DNA of 64,000 nucleotides. Origin: Gemmatimonadota bacterium (GTDB lineage Bacteria; Gemmatimonadota; Gemmatimonadetes; Longimicrobiales; Gaopeijiaceae). The translations under genes and the position numbers were made by a program. The notes under the pieces were generated by a model, which was not told the DNA's origin, did no database searches, and saw nothing but the letters and a program-made list of their open reading frames with translations. Shown one piece after another: positions 19,270 through 29,392 of this stretch. The stretch lies in assembly GCA_022823145.1 (NCBI GenBank), contig JAJDXS010000024.1:30319-94318 (forward strand), read 5' to 3'. Each line of letters opens with the position of its first letter. The first letter of the stretch is position 1.

Positions 19270-21756
19270 TCACCGCAGCTCGTCCGCCCGCACCATCCGC
19301 AGCCCGAAGACGGTCGCGATCTGGCTGTCCGTGTTCGCCTCGATGCGCACCGTCACCTGGTCCCTGCCCGCGACCAGCCCGGCCGGAACCGGGTACTCGA
19401 CGTCGTAGAAGCGCGGCGGCTCGCTGCGGTCGACCTCGACATCGGCCACCCGGGTACCGTCGACGAGGATCTCGAACGACGCCGGCGTCCCGCGGCGGTC
19501 ATCGCTGTAGTAGGTGGCGATGAGCGTCATGGGATGGTCCGGCGCGACCGGGATGTCGAAGGAGAACCAGCCTCCGCCCCTGCGCCCGGGCCGGCCCAGC
19601 ATGCGCTGCGTGACCGCGTCCTCGCTGCCCTGGTAGTTGAACGCGTCCTCGAAGACGCGCTCACCGGGCTCCAGGTAGGCGACCGTGGCCCCCTCCAGCC
19701 TGCGCAGCCGCTCCGCCTCGGCCGCGTATTCGGTCTTCTGCTCCTCCCACTCGCCCGGCGTGAAGAGATCCCAGTACGTCGAATAGGTGCGCCGGTGGAG
19801 GCGGAAGAAGGGCTGCAGGTCCACATCCGTGGCGCGTCCGGCGGCATCCGGCTCTCGGCCGACGCCGGCCGTGCGAAAGTGGCCGGCCTGTCCGTCCACC
19901 GGCCGCACCCACGACGCCACCGGCTCCTCGGCCGCCACAAGCACGGGAACCTTGGGCGGCTCCGCCCGCTCCGACCCTTCGCCCCCACGTTCGCGCTCGG
20001 GCCCCAGATCGCCGGCCAGCACGATCGGCCCCCACATGATCGAGGTCCGGCGCGGGTTGTCGGGCAGGGCCTCGAGCCGGAGCGGCTTGGGAAGGTCGAC
20101 CTCCACCACGTCGCCGCTCCGCCAGGTCCGCCGCAGCTCCCGGAACGAGCTGGCGTCGTACTGAAGCCTCCCGTACTGGCTGCGGCCGGTGAACTCGAGT
20201 CCGTCGGGCTGCGCGTCCGGCGCGATCGTCTCGCCGTTGACCCGCACCGCGAATCCCTCACCCGCCCAGAAGGGCTGCCGCAGCATCAGCGTGAACTCGC
20301 GCGGCGCCTGCGCATTCACCCGCAGCATCGCCGTCTCCCCCTCGGGGAACCCGGTCTCCACCTCCAGGCGCACACCGGCGTCGGCCCAGTCGGCGGTGGA
20401 CGGCGCGTACAGGTTCACCCACAGCCTGTCCCCGTCCTCGTAGTAGATCCCGTCGCCGTGGAGCGCGTGGCTCTCCAGCCCCGAACCCACGCAGCAGGTG
20501 AAGCTGCGCTGCATGTTCTGGTACTCGCGCTGCACGCCGCGGCCCACCGGCACCATGTAGCAGGTGCGCCCGTCCTCCGGATCGATCGACGACATGATGT
20601 GGTTGAAGAGCGCGCGCTCGTGGAAGTCGGCGTAGTGCGGGTCCGGCCGGAGCGAGAAGAGCTGCCGGGTGAGCTTGAGCATGTTGTAGATGTTGCACGT
20701 CTCGGCCGTACGCCCGTCGATGCGGTCGCTGAGCTCGCCGGGCGGGCCGAAGTACTCGTCCTTGCCGTGGCCGCCGCTGCTGAACGTGTGGTACTGGACC
20801 ACGCGGTCCCAGAAGAACGTCGCGCCGACCAGGTCGGCGGGATTGCCGGTCAGGGCGAAGCGGTCGGCCGATCCGATGAGCTTGGGCACCGCGGTGTTTC
20901 CGTGCTTGCCGGCGAGGATGTCCTGATGCCGCTGGAGGGGCTCGATGAAGGCGCGGTGCTCGAACTTGTACGACATGTCCAGCCAGCGCTCGTCGCCGGT
21001 GTCGGCGTAGAGGTCGATCATGATCTCGTTCATGCCGCCGAACTCGGTGTTCATCATGTGCTGGAGCTGCGCGTCGGAGAGTCCGGAGAGGATTCCCTCG
21101 GCCCACTCGGCAAAGGCGATCTCCATCTCCAGCGCCGTCTCGTTTCCGGTCAGGCGGTACGCGTCCCGGAGGCCGCCGAAGGTCTTGTGGAGGGTGTACC
21201 AGGGTGCCCACTCGCCGTTCAGGTCGAACGAGGCCGAGCGGATGTCGCCGCGCGCGAGCTCGTCGAAGGCCCGCCGCAGGCCCGCCAGTGCGCTGAGGTA
21301 GCCGTCGCCGTGGGCATCCTGAACCTCCTTGAACTCCGTGACCAGATAGTCGGCGCGCTCGCGGAAGCGCTCATCGCCGGTCGCCGCCCACATGAGGCTC
21401 ACCGCGGTCAGGTAGTGCCCGGCGATGTGGCCGGTGAGGTTGCGTCCGTCCCCGTCCCAGCCGCCGTAGGGCTCGCCCTTCGGCGTCAGCCCGGCGCGGT
21501 CGCGGTAGTACGCGAGCATCCGGTCGGGTTCGAGCTCGAGCAGGTAGCGGGCATTCAGGTCCTGCGCGTGCCTGAGCGGGCCCCCGGTCAGGCGGACGGC
21601 GCTCAGCGGGAGGGCCCGGGCCTTGATCAGACCCGCCGCTGCGGCGAGGGCCGACGCGCGGGCGCCCGATCCGGTACCGAGGGGCGAGCAGCTCAGCAGT
21701 GGGAGCGCGCCGGCTCCGAGGCCGAGCTTGAGAGCGGTTCGACGGGAGAGTTTCAT
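19270..21756 (-). CDS. GH127/DUF1680 beta-L-arabinofuranosidase-like protein with Tat-type signal and C-terminal extension
   Basis: 828 aa. [23 protein letters not shown] has a twin-arginine motif and ends in Cys. [18 protein letters not shown] is the GH127 Cys-rich motif. About 170 extra C-terminal residues compared with a ~650-aa core. Confidence 0.85.
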   Translation of the reverse strand: MKLSRRTALKLGLGAGALPLLSCSPLGTGSGARASALAAAAGLIKARALPLSAVRLTGGPLRHAQDLNARYLLELEPDRMLAYYRDRAGLTPKGEPYGGWDGDGRNLTGHIAGHYLTAVSLMWAATGDERFRERADYLVTEFKEVQDAHGDGYLSALAGLRRAFDELARGDIRSASFDLNGEWAPWYTLHKTFGGLRDAYRLTGNETALEMEIAFAEWAEGILSGLSDAQLQHMMNTEFGGMNEIMIDLYADTGDERWLDMSYKFEHRAFIEPLQRHQDILAGKHGNTAVPKLIGSADRFALTGNPADLVGATFFWDRVVQYHTFSSGGHGKDEYFGPPGELSDRIDGRTAETCNIYNMLKLTRQLFSLRPDPHYADFHERALFNHIMSSIDPEDGRTCYMVPVGRGVQREYQNMQRSFTCCVGSGLESHALHGDGIYYEDGDRLWVNLYAPSTADWADAGVRLEVETGFPEGETAMLRVNAQAPREFTLMLRQPFWAGEGFAVRVNGETIAPDAQPDGLEFTGRSQYGRLQYDASSFRELRRTWRSGDVVEVDLPKPLRLEALPDNPRRTSIMWGPIVLAGDLGPERERGGEGSERAEPPKVPVLVAAEEPVASWVRPVDGQAGHFRTAGVGREPDAAGRATDVDLQPFFRLHRRTYSTYWDLFTPGEWEEQKTEYAAEAERLRRLEGATVAYLEPGERVFEDAFNYQGSEDAVTQRMLGRPGRRGGGWFSFDIPVAPDHPMTLIATYYSDDRRGTPASFEILVDGTRVADVEVDRSEPPRFYDVEYPVPAGLVAGRDQVTVRIEANTDSQIATVFGLRMVRADELR

Positions 21757-22001
21757 GCGTGGATCTCCGGGCCGCGGTTCGTTTCTTCACATCGTAAACG
21801 ATACGGGGCCGATGTCCTTGAGGACAGGCCGCAAGAAGCCGTGAATCGGCCGGTCGCGTCGAACTCGGTCGCCTTCCCAGGTGCGCGCTCGTGTGCAGCC
21901 GGGCAGGCGAGCGGGCCGGGTTTGGCCGGACGCGGACTGCAACCCGCCCGACCCTCCTCCCGAAGCCGCACCGGAACCCCGCCAGAACCCCTTTCACACC
22001 C

Positions 22002-22030
22002 TTGAGCGAGATCCTCTAAACTGTTAGAAT
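22002..22030 (+). promoter_or_regulatory. Candidate sigma70-type promoter of gyrA
   Basis: TTGAGC (22002..22007), 17-nt spacer, then TAGAAT (22025..22030) preceded by TGT (extended -10). It sits in an AT-rich patch about 95 nt upstream of the gyrA ATG. Confidence 0.4.
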
Positions 22031-22126
22031 AAAAGGCTATCCACAACATGCCGGAACACCCGCCTCTCACGTTCCGGCCCACTCCGCGGGCCACTGAGGT
22101 TCCGTCCTTTCCTCCGCCCGACAGCC

Positions 22127-24580
22127 ATGGCCGAAAACGACCCCGGAAGCACCGGCGAACGGGTTCTCGAACGAATCCTCGAACAGGAGATGCGCGAGTC
22201 GTTCATCGACTATTCGATGAGCGTCAACGTGCAGCGTGCTCTGCCCGATGTGAGAGACGGGCTGAAGCCCGTGCACCGGCGCATCCTCTTCGCGATGTCC
22301 GAGCTGGGACTGTCGCCGGGGCGGGCATACAAGAAGTGCGCGACGGTCGTGGGCGAGGTTCTGGGCAAGTACCATCCGCACGGGGACTCGGCGGTCTACG
22401 ACGCGCTGGTCCGGATGGTGCAGGACTTCTCGCTGCGCTACCCGCTTGTGGACGGCCAGGGCAACTTCGGGTCCATCGATGGCGACTCGGCCGCCGCCTA
22501 CCGGTACACCGAGGCCCGGTTGCAGCGCCTTTCCATGGAACTGCTGGCCGACATCGACAAGGACACGGTCCGCTTCGACGAGAACTTCGACGGGCGCCTG
22601 AAGGAGCCCTCGGTGCTCCCGTGCAGGGCACCCAATCTGCTGATCAACGGTTCGTCCGGGATCGCGGTGGGAATGGCGACCAACATCCCGCCCCACAACC
22701 TGCGCGAGGTCGTCTCCGGTCTCCTGGCGCTGATCGACGACCCCCGCCTTTCCCAGGACGAGCTGGAGCGGCACATCAAGGGGCCGGACTTTCCGACCGG
22801 CGGCTACATCTGCGGGACCGACGGGGTCCAGGAGGCGTACCGGACGGGACGCGGGCGTATCGTCATCCGGGCCAGGGCCGACATCGAGCACGACGACGAC
22901 GGCCCGGCGCGGATCATCGTGAGCGAGATCCCGTTCATGGTGAACAAGGCCCGCCTCATCGAACAGATCGCGGCCCTCGTGCGCGAGAAGAGGATCACGT
23001 CGATCCGGGACCTGCGCGACGAATCGGACCGTGACGGGCTCCGCGTCGTCGTCGAGCTGAAACGCGACGCCGTGCCGCAGATCGTGCTGAACCGGCTGTA
23101 CAAGCACACGCAGATGCAGTCCACCTTCGGCGTCATCCTGCTCGCGCTGGTGGACGGTGTTCCCCGGGTGATGCCTCTGAGGGACATGCTGACCCACTTC
23201 ATCAACCACCGGCACACCGTGGTCGTGCGGCGCAGCGAGTTCGACCTGGCGGCTGCGCGGGAGCGCGAGCACGTGCTGGAAGGGCTGCGCGTCGCGGTCG
23301 ACAACATCGACGAAGTTGTTCGGATCATCCGCGGTTCACGCGACGCGGCCGAGGCCGCGGTGGGGTTGAGGGGGGCGTTCGACCTCTCGGAGCGTCAGGC
23401 CCGGGCCATTCTGGACATGCGGCTGGCCCGTCTGACGGGTCTGGAGAAGGAGAAGCTGGACACCGAACTTGCCCAGGTCCGCGAACGGATCGCCGAACTG
23501 GTACGGATTCTCTCGGACCGCTCGGTCCGCATGGGGATCATCAAGGACGAGCTGCGGGAGATGGCTGTCCGCTACGGCGACGCCCGCCGCTCCGAGATCA
23601 TCGGCACCGTCTCGTCCTTCGACGTCGAGGACCTGATCGCCGACGAAGAGGTGGTGCTCACGATGTCCCGCCAGGGCTACGTCAAGCGCATCCCGATCGA
23701 CACCTACCGGGCCCAGAGGCGCGGCGGACGCGGCATGCAGGGGATGGAGACGAAGGAGAAGGACTGGGTCGAGCACCTGTTCGTGGCGTCCACTCACGAG
23801 TACCTCATGGCTTTCACCGACCAGGGCCGCTGCCACTGGGTGAAGGTCTGGGGCATTCCCCACGGGAGCCGGTATTCGAAGGGCAAGCCCATCGTCAACT
23901 TCCTCGAGCTCGCTCCCGGCGAAAAGGTCGCATCGGTGCTGCCAGTGCGGAAATTCAGCGGAGACCGGTTCCTGCTCTTCTGCACGAAGAACGGCGTCGT
24001 GAAGAAGACCCCGCTGTCGGCGTACGGCAACGTGCGCGCAATGGGAATCTACGCGATCAAGTTTCGCGAAGGCGACGAACTCATCGACGTCCGGATTACC
24101 GACGGTGCCAACGAGGTGGTCCTGGCGACGCGGCGGGGCAAGGCGATCCGATTCCACGAGTCCGATGTCCGGCCCATGGGGCGCCACACGGAAGGCGTCA
24201 TGGGGATCCGGCTGGGCAAGGGCGACGAGGTGGTGGGGATGGTTGTGGTTACACGGCCCGACGAGACGCTGCTGAGCGCGACCGAATACGGAATGGGCAA
24301 GAGAAGCCAGATCCGCGACTACCGATTGCAGCAGCGGGGGGGGCTGGGGGTCATCAACCTGAAGCTGTCGAAGAGGACGGATCGGGTGGTTGCGGTACGG
24401 GCCGTCACCCGTGACGACCAGCTCATGGTCATCACGCGCAACGGGGTGGTGAATCGGCAGCCGGTCTCGGACATGCGCGTGATCGGCCGCGCGGCCCAGG
24501 GAGTGCGCCTGGTCAACCTCGACAAGGGTGACACCGTGGTCGATGTCGCGCGCGTGGTCGGCGACGATGACGACCAGTAG
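22127..24580 (+). CDS. gyrA: DNA gyrase subunit A
   Basis: 817 aa. [50 protein letters not shown] (catalytic Tyr region), and a C-terminal beta-pinwheel repeat region. Confidence 0.95.
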   Translation: MAENDPGSTGERVLERILEQEMRESFIDYSMSVNVQRALPDVRDGLKPVHRRILFAMSELGLSPGRAYKKCATVVGEVLGKYHPHGDSAVYDALVRMVQDFSLRYPLVDGQGNFGSIDGDSAAAYRYTEARLQRLSMELLADIDKDTVRFDENFDGRLKEPSVLPCRAPNLLINGSSGIAVGMATNIPPHNLREVVSGLLALIDDPRLSQDELERHIKGPDFPTGGYICGTDGVQEAYRTGRGRIVIRARADIEHDDDGPARIIVSEIPFMVNKARLIEQIAALVREKRITSIRDLRDESDRDGLRVVVELKRDAVPQIVLNRLYKHTQMQSTFGVILLALVDGVPRVMPLRDMLTHFINHRHTVVVRRSEFDLAAAREREHVLEGLRVAVDNIDEVVRIIRGSRDAAEAAVGLRGAFDLSERQARAILDMRLARLTGLEKEKLDTELAQVRERIAELVRILSDRSVRMGIIKDELREMAVRYGDARRSEIIGTVSSFDVEDLIADEEVVLTMSRQGYVKRIPIDTYRAQRRGGRGMQGMETKEKDWVEHLFVASTHEYLMAFTDQGRCHWVKVWGIPHGSRYSKGKPIVNFLELAPGEKVASVLPVRKFSGDRFLLFCTKNGVVKKTPLSAYGNVRAMGIYAIKFREGDELIDVRITDGANEVVLATRRGKAIRFHESDVRPMGRHTEGVMGIRLGKGDEVVGMVVVTRPDETLLSATEYGMGKRSQIRDYRLQQRGGLGVINLKLSKRTDRVVAVRAVTRDDQLMVITRNGVVNRQPVSDMRVIGRAAQGVRLVNLDKGDTVVDVARVVGDDDDQ

Positions 24581-25559
24581 CGACCGGCTGGTCCCGCTGG
24601 CCGAGATCGAGGCCGCCGCCGGGCGGATCCGCGGCACCGTGGTGCGCACACCGCTCATTCCCGACCCGGACCTGTCGGAGGCGGTCGGGGGCGAGATCCG
24701 GCTCAAGTGCGAGTCGCTGCAGAAGGCGGGTGCCTTCAAGGCCCGGGGCGCGTGCAATTTCATGTCGCGCCTGACCCCGGAGGAGCTGGCGAGAGGCGTG
24801 ATCACCTATTCGTCGGGGAACCACGCGCAGGCGGTAGCGTTCGCCGCCGGGCTGAAGGGCGTGCGCGCCGTGGTCGTCATGCCCACCACCGCGCCCCGGG
24901 TCAAGAGCGACGGCGCCCGCCGGCTGGGAGCGCGGGTCGAGTTCGCGGGAACGACCTCCGAGCATCGCCGGGTGCGCGCCGAGGAGATCGCCGCGGCCGA
25001 GGGGCTGGTCATGGTCCCGCCCTTCGATCATCCGTGGATCATCGCGGGCGCGGGGACGGTCGCGCTGGAGGTCTTCGAGGACTGGCCCGAGGTGGACACG
25101 CTGCTCGTGCCGATCGGGGGCGGGGGACAGATGGCGGGCTGCGCGGCGGCGCTCCGGCGGCTGAGGCCCGCGGCTTCGGTGATCGGCGTCGAGCCGACGG
25201 GGGCGCCGACCATGCGGCGTGCCCTCGACGCAGGGGAACCGTCCACGCTGCCGGGCATCGACACCATCGCCGACGGCCTCGCGCCGACGCGCGCCGGCGA
25301 CCTGACCTACGCGCACGCGGCCGCGTTCCTGGACGACGTGGTGCTCGTCGAGGACGATGACATCCGGCGCGCGGCGGCCCACCTCCTCACGCGGCGCAAG
25401 CTCGTGGTCGAGTACTCGGGCGCGGCCACCATCGCCGCACTGACCTCCGGCCGCGTGGATGCGCGCGGCCGCAACGTCTGCGCGGTCATCTCGGGCGGCA
25501 ACCTCGACACGTCGCTGCTGGGTGACATCCTCGCCGCCGCCCCGGATCAGGCGGCCTGA
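24567..25559 (+). CDS. PLP-dependent threonine/serine dehydratase family enzyme (short form, no regulatory domain)
   Basis: ATG 24567 gives [56 protein letters not shown]. It overlaps the gyrA 3' end by 14 nt. The track ORF starts at 24528. Confidence 0.8.
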   Translation: MTTSSDRLVPLAEIEAAAGRIRGTVVRTPLIPDPDLSEAVGGEIRLKCESLQKAGAFKARGACNFMSRLTPEELARGVITYSSGNHAQAVAFAAGLKGVRAVVVMPTTAPRVKSDGARRLGARVEFAGTTSEHRRVRAEEIAAAEGLVMVPPFDHPWIIAGAGTVALEVFEDWPEVDTLLVPIGGGGQMAGCAAALRRLRPAASVIGVEPTGAPTMRRALDAGEPSTLPGIDTIADGLAPTRAGDLTYAHAAAFLDDVVLVEDDDIRRAAAHLLTRRKLVVEYSGAATIAALTSGRVDARGRNVCAVISGGNLDTSLLGDILAAAPDQAA

Positions 25560-25613
25560 CGCGCCCACACGCCCCACGCCCGCTCCCCAGCCGCCCGCCG
25601 CCGCCCCGCTCCC

Positions 25614-26297
25614 ATGCTCCTCCTCTTCGACATCGACGGCACGCTCACCATCGGCGGACCCGGCAAGACCGCATTCGGTGCCGCGCTGCAAGCCACCTTC
25701 GGCACCACGGGGCCGCTCGCCAATCACGACTTCGCCGGCAAGACCGACCCGCTCCTGCTGCGCGAACTCCTGACCGCGGCGGGCCGGGGCGCGCACGACA
25801 TCGAGGCCGGGCAGCCGCACTTCTGGCAGCGGTACGTCGCGGAGCTCGAGGCCAGGATCGAGGCCGAACCCGTCACCGTGCTGCCGGGCGTCCACGAGCT
25901 GATCGGCGCCCTCGCCGCCCGCGACGATGTCTTCCTGGGCCTCGTCACCGGCAACGTCGAGGGCGGTGCGCGGCTCAAGCTGCTTTCCGCTGGGCTCTGG
26001 CACCACTTTCCCATCGGCGCGTTCGGGTCGGACCACGAGTCGCGCAACGAGCTGCCGCGGTTCGCGCTCGAGAGGGCGGCGGCGCACTGGGGACGCCCAT
26101 TCCGGGGCAGGGACGCCGTGGTCATCGGCGACACACCCCGCGACGTGGAGTGCGGCAGGGCGATCGGAGCGGCGACGGTGGCGGTGGCCACGGGACGGTT
26201 TTCGGTGGCCGCGTTGCGCGCGACGGACGCGGACCGGGTGCTGACGGGACTTGCGGACACCCGCGCGGTGATCGACGTCCTCACCACCCCCCGCTGA
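25614..26297 (+). CDS. HAD-superfamily hydrolase (phosphoglycolate phosphatase-like)
   Basis: 227 aa. MLLLFDIDGTL (DxDGT motif I) and VVIGDTPRDVECG (motif IV). Confidence 0.75.
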   Translation: MLLLFDIDGTLTIGGPGKTAFGAALQATFGTTGPLANHDFAGKTDPLLLRELLTAAGRGAHDIEAGQPHFWQRYVAELEARIEAEPVTVLPGVHELIGALAARDDVFLGLVTGNVEGGARLKLLSAGLWHHFPIGAFGSDHESRNELPRFALERAAAHWGRPFRGRDAVVIGDTPRDVECGRAIGAATVAVATGRFSVAALRATDADRVLTGLADTRAVIDVLTTPR

Positions 26298-26345
26298 GGA
26301 GCGTTCCCTCGGTGCGCGCGAACCCCGTGTCGACCGGAATCACCG

Positions 26346-26369
26346 ATACTAAACAACAATGTTTAGTAT
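26346..26369. promoter_or_regulatory. AT-rich perfect 10-bp inverted repeat (ATACTAAACA-ACAA-TGTTTAGTAT)
   Basis: Read directly: arms 26346..26355 and 26360..26369 are exact reverse complements with a 4-nt spacer. It lies 49 nt after the HAD stop and about 100 nt before the DsbA start. Operator or hairpin. Confidence 0.5.
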
Positions 26370-26466
26370 TGTCCGCGCATCCGGAACGGCCCATTTTTCC
26401 GGAATCCCGCCCAGGCTTCGAGACGGAGCCGGGCGCCCCTGGCAACGACAGCTGGAGCAAGCAATC

Positions 26467-27144
26467 ATGAAGAACTTCTATATCATTCTCGGCGTCGTGG
26501 GCGTGGTCGGCGTGGTGGTCGTCGCCTTTATGATCCGGGGCGGCGGTTCCGCCGCGAGCGTACCGGTCGACCTGCCCCCGGACATGACGGATTCGGAGCT
26601 GGTCGACCTGGCCCAGGGCATCGTGTACGGCGACGCGAACGCGCCGATCACGATCATGGAGTTCGGGAACTACCAGTGTCCGGCCTGCATGATCTTTGCG
26701 CTACAGGTCAAACCCCAGCTGGATCTGGCGTACATCGAGGCGGGTCAGGCCAAGCTGGTCTACTATGACTTTCCGACGGCTGGCCTCCCGCACTCCTTTG
26801 TGGCAGCGCGGGCTGCCCGCTGCGCCGGCGACCAGGACCGCTACTTCGAATACCACGACGAGGTCTACCGCACACAGCGCGAGTGGTCGGTGCCGAACAG
26901 CCCCGTGGGTCACTTCAAGGACCTAGCCGACGACCTGGATCTGGATACCCGGGCATTCGACGCGTGCCTCGATAGCGACATGCACGCGGACGTGGTCACC
27001 GCGAACCTGCAGCTGGGGGTCAGGATCGGGGTCACCGCTACCCCGAACATCTTCGTCCACGACGGTGGACCGCCCTTCCAGAAGCTCGGCGGCTTCCAGT
27101 TCATCGACGTCCAGCAGGCCGTGGAGGCCATCAGCCAGAATTGA
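26467..27144 (+). CDS. DsbA-family thiol:disulfide oxidoreductase, membrane-anchored
   Basis: ATG 26467 gives MKNFYIILGVVGVVGVVVVAFMI (TM anchor), then the thioredoxin-fold CxxC motif YQCPACMIF. The track ORF starts at 26359. Confidence 0.8.
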   Translation: MKNFYIILGVVGVVGVVVVAFMIRGGGSAASVPVDLPPDMTDSELVDLAQGIVYGDANAPITIMEFGNYQCPACMIFALQVKPQLDLAYIEAGQAKLVYYDFPTAGLPHSFVAARAARCAGDQDRYFEYHDEVYRTQREWSVPNSPVGHFKDLADDLDLDTRAFDACLDSDMHADVVTANLQLGVRIGVTATPNIFVHDGGPPFQKLGGFQFIDVQQAVEAISQN

Positions 27145-27629
27145 CCGACGTGTCGCAGAACTCGGGCGGCGGGGAGTCCACGCCAGCCACCTCCCCGGCC
27201 TCCGGACCGGTCAACCGCATGATCGCGGCCGTCCTTTCCCTGATCGGGGTGTTCCTCGCCTTCTACCTGGTGGCGAACAACATGGGGTGGGTTCCGCCGA
27301 TTCCCTGCGGGAGCGGAGCGTGCGGGCTGGTGCAGTCATCGAAGTACGCGTGGATCGGTCCCGTGCCGGTGTCCGCCGTCGGGCTGGCGGGTTATTTGGC
27401 GCTCTTCGCGCTCTCGATCGCGGGTTTGCAGGCCTCGCTGTCCGGCTCCAGGGCGATCGCTTTCCTGCTCTTCGCCGGGGCCCTCCTCGGCGTGCTCTTC
27501 AGCGCCTACCTGACCTACCTTGAGGCGATGGTCATCCAGGCGTGGTGCCGTTACTGCGTGGCCTCGGCGATCCTGATCACCGTGATCTTCGTGGCGACGT
27601 TGCCCGAGGTGAGGCGGATTCGGGTGTAG
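27141..27629 (+). CDS. Vitamin K epoxide reductase (VKOR) family membrane protein
   Basis: 162 aa with about 4 TM segments. A loop Cys pair (PCGSGACGLV) and active-site CRYC are present. TTG 27141 overlaps the DsbA stop (TTGA). A downstream GTG or ATG start is possible. Confidence 0.8.
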   Translation: MTDVSQNSGGGESTPATSPASGPVNRMIAAVLSLIGVFLAFYLVANNMGWVPPIPCGSGACGLVQSSKYAWIGPVPVSAVGLAGYLALFALSIAGLQASLSGSRAIAFLLFAGALLGVLFSAYLTYLEAMVIQAWCRYCVASAILITVIFVATLPEVRRIRV

Positions 27630-27668
27630 CCTGCACCGGGCTTGCTCGACGTGCCGTTTCTCGTGCGC

Positions 27669-28232
27669 TTAACGATACGGCGCCCCTGAGTCAGCAACAC
27701 CCCGCGCCCGCTCCAGCGACCAATCCCCCACCAGACGAGGCGGCCACCTGCCGGCTCGATGACCGCCCAGCAACGCCGCCGCCTCGCCCCGCGCCCGGCC
27801 GGCCAGCTCCCGATCGACCAGCGCAGCCGCCTCGGCCTCGTCCAGCTCAGCCTCGTCCAGAAGCCGCGCCTGACCCCCGGAAGGCACCCACACGTCGAGG
27901 CACAGGTCGGTCGTCGCCCACGCGCCCTCGCCCAGGAACTCCACCGGCGTGAGGATGTTGGCGTAGACCCCCGTGAACGTGCCGTCGGCGCGGTGGAAGA
28001 GGCCGATGTCGTGCCACGCGCGGGGAAGGGTGAACCAGATGACCGGTGAGCCCGGTTCCAGAATCGTCGTCCCGTCGACGCGCGCGGGCGATTGGATGGG
28101 CGTATGGGACTGGAAGGTGACGATCCCCGCCGGTCCGCTCTCGAGCACAAACTGGCGGTAGGTCTCGGCGGCCCGTCCGATGCGCCGGTAGTGGATGTCG
28201 ACCCAGGATCCCGGTTGGGGAAGAGCGGTCAA
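27669..28232 (-). CDS. DUF402-like protein
   Basis: C-terminal part of track ORF 27669..29459. YRRIGRAAETYRQFVLE..WFTLPRAWHDIGLFHRADGTFTGVYANILTP..DLCLDVWV resembles DUF402. TTG 28232 overlaps the upstream stop (TTGA). Confidence 0.55.
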   Translation of the reverse strand: MTALPQPGSWVDIHYRRIGRAAETYRQFVLESGPAGIVTFQSHTPIQSPARVDGTTILEPGSPVIWFTLPRAWHDIGLFHRADGTFTGVYANILTPVEFLGEGAWATTDLCLDVWVPSGGQARLLDEAELDEAEAAALVDRELAGRARGEAAALLGGHRAGRWPPRLVGDWSLERARGVADSGAPYR

Positions 28233-28558
28233 ACGTCCCCGAACAGGTCCGGGTTCGCCCGCTCGATGAACACGTTCATGATCCCGCCGCACACCGCCGG
28301 GCTCCACGACGTGAAGTCGTCGGTGAGGTCGACCCGCACCGTGGTCGGGGGCCCGCCGTCGAAGAGGTCCTGGGCGGCCGTGATCACCTCGCCCTCGCCG
28401 CACCCGCCCCCGACCGTCCCCGCGATCACGCCGTCGCGCCCAATGAGCATCCGCGCACCCGTCTTCCGCGGCGTCGACCCCTTCGCCGACACGATCGTGG
28501 CCAGAACCGCAGGCTCCTCCAGGCTCGCCAGCAGCGCCATCACTTCTTTCTCGTCCAT
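28229..28558 (-). CDS. XdhC/CoxI-family N-terminal-domain protein (stand-alone)
   Basis: 109 aa. LATIVSAKGSTPRKTGARMLIGRDGVIAGTVGGGCGEGEV is the XdhC_CoxI signature. Confidence 0.75.
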   Translation of the reverse strand: MDEKEVMALLASLEEPAVLATIVSAKGSTPRKTGARMLIGRDGVIAGTVGGGCGEGEVITAAQDLFDGGPPTTVRVDLTDDFTSWSPAVCGGIMNVFIERANPDLFGDV

Positions 28559-29392
28559 CTACGCACCTTCCCCGCCAAAGAAACGTTCCACGACCCGCTC
28601 CTTCTCCACCAATGGCATCCCCGTGCCCCCCGCATGAAACAGGATGATCTCGGCCGCGACCGAAACCGCGATCTCCGCCGGCGTCTGCCCACCGAGGTCC
28701 AGCCCCACCGGCGCCCGCACCCGCCCCATATCCTCCGTGGTGAACCCTTCGCGCGCCAGTTGCTCGTGGGTCGCGCGCACCCGCCGTCTGCTCCCGATCA
28801 TCCCGATGTAGCCGGGCGGCGCCTCCATGCGCAGCAGCCGCACCAGGCACTCGTAGTCGAAGCTGTGGCCGCGCGTCACCAGAATCACGTGGTCGGAGGG
28901 CCCGAGCGCCGTTGCCGCGAACGGATCGCGGAAATCGATCACGCGCACCACGTCCGCATCCGGAAAGCGGTCGGCCGAGGCGAACTCCGGGCGGTCGTCC
29001 AGTACCTCGACGCGCATCCCCAGCATGGAGCCCAAACGGGCCAGCGGAATAGCGATATGCCCCGCCCCGACGATCACCATCCGCGCCGGCGGCCCGTGCA
29101 GCTCCAGGTAGACCCGTGCGGTCACGGCGCGTTCGCCGTCCCGGTACTCGAAATCGCGGCTCAGCGCACCACGGGATTCCCTTGGGGGAAAGAGCGACGG
29201 CACCGCCGCGGCCACCGCCGCGTCCAGCGCCGGGCTGCCCAGCGTGCCCCGGTTGCGCCTGCCCGAAAGCCACCATCGCCGCCCGATCATCGATCGGTCC
29301 GCCGAGTCCACGACCACCGCCGTGTAGATCCGTTCCCCCTTCTCGAGTGCCTCCAGGACCCGGGCGGCTACGCGCGCGGCCGAGAGCCTCAT
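28559..29392 (-). CDS. XdhC-family molybdoenzyme maturation protein (Rossmann-like C-terminal domain)
   Basis: 277 aa. MVIVGAGHIAIPLARLGSMLGMRVEVLDDRPEF..VILVTRGHSFDYECL..YIGMIGSRRR..VRAPVGLDLGG. The N-terminal domain is degenerate (no GGC motif). Confidence 0.8.
   Translation of the reverse strand: MRLSAARVAARVLEALEKGERIYTAVVVDSADRSMIGRRWWLSGRRNRGTLGSPALDAAVAAAVPSLFPPRESRGALSRDFEYRDGERAVTARVYLELHGPPARMVIVGAGHIAIPLARLGSMLGMRVEVLDDRPEFASADRFPDADVVRVIDFRDPFAATALGPSDHVILVTRGHSFDYECLVRLLRMEAPPGYIGMIGSRRRVRATHEQLAREGFTTEDMGRVRAPVGLDLGGQTPAEIAVSVAAEIILFHAGGTGMPLVEKERVVERFFGGEGA

Noticed and set aside
24567-24580. The 14-nt overlap between the gyrA 3' end and the dehydratase start, as a possible frameshift or fusion.
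   Set aside because: Both reading frames are intact with normal termini. Short overlaps are the norm throughout this window.
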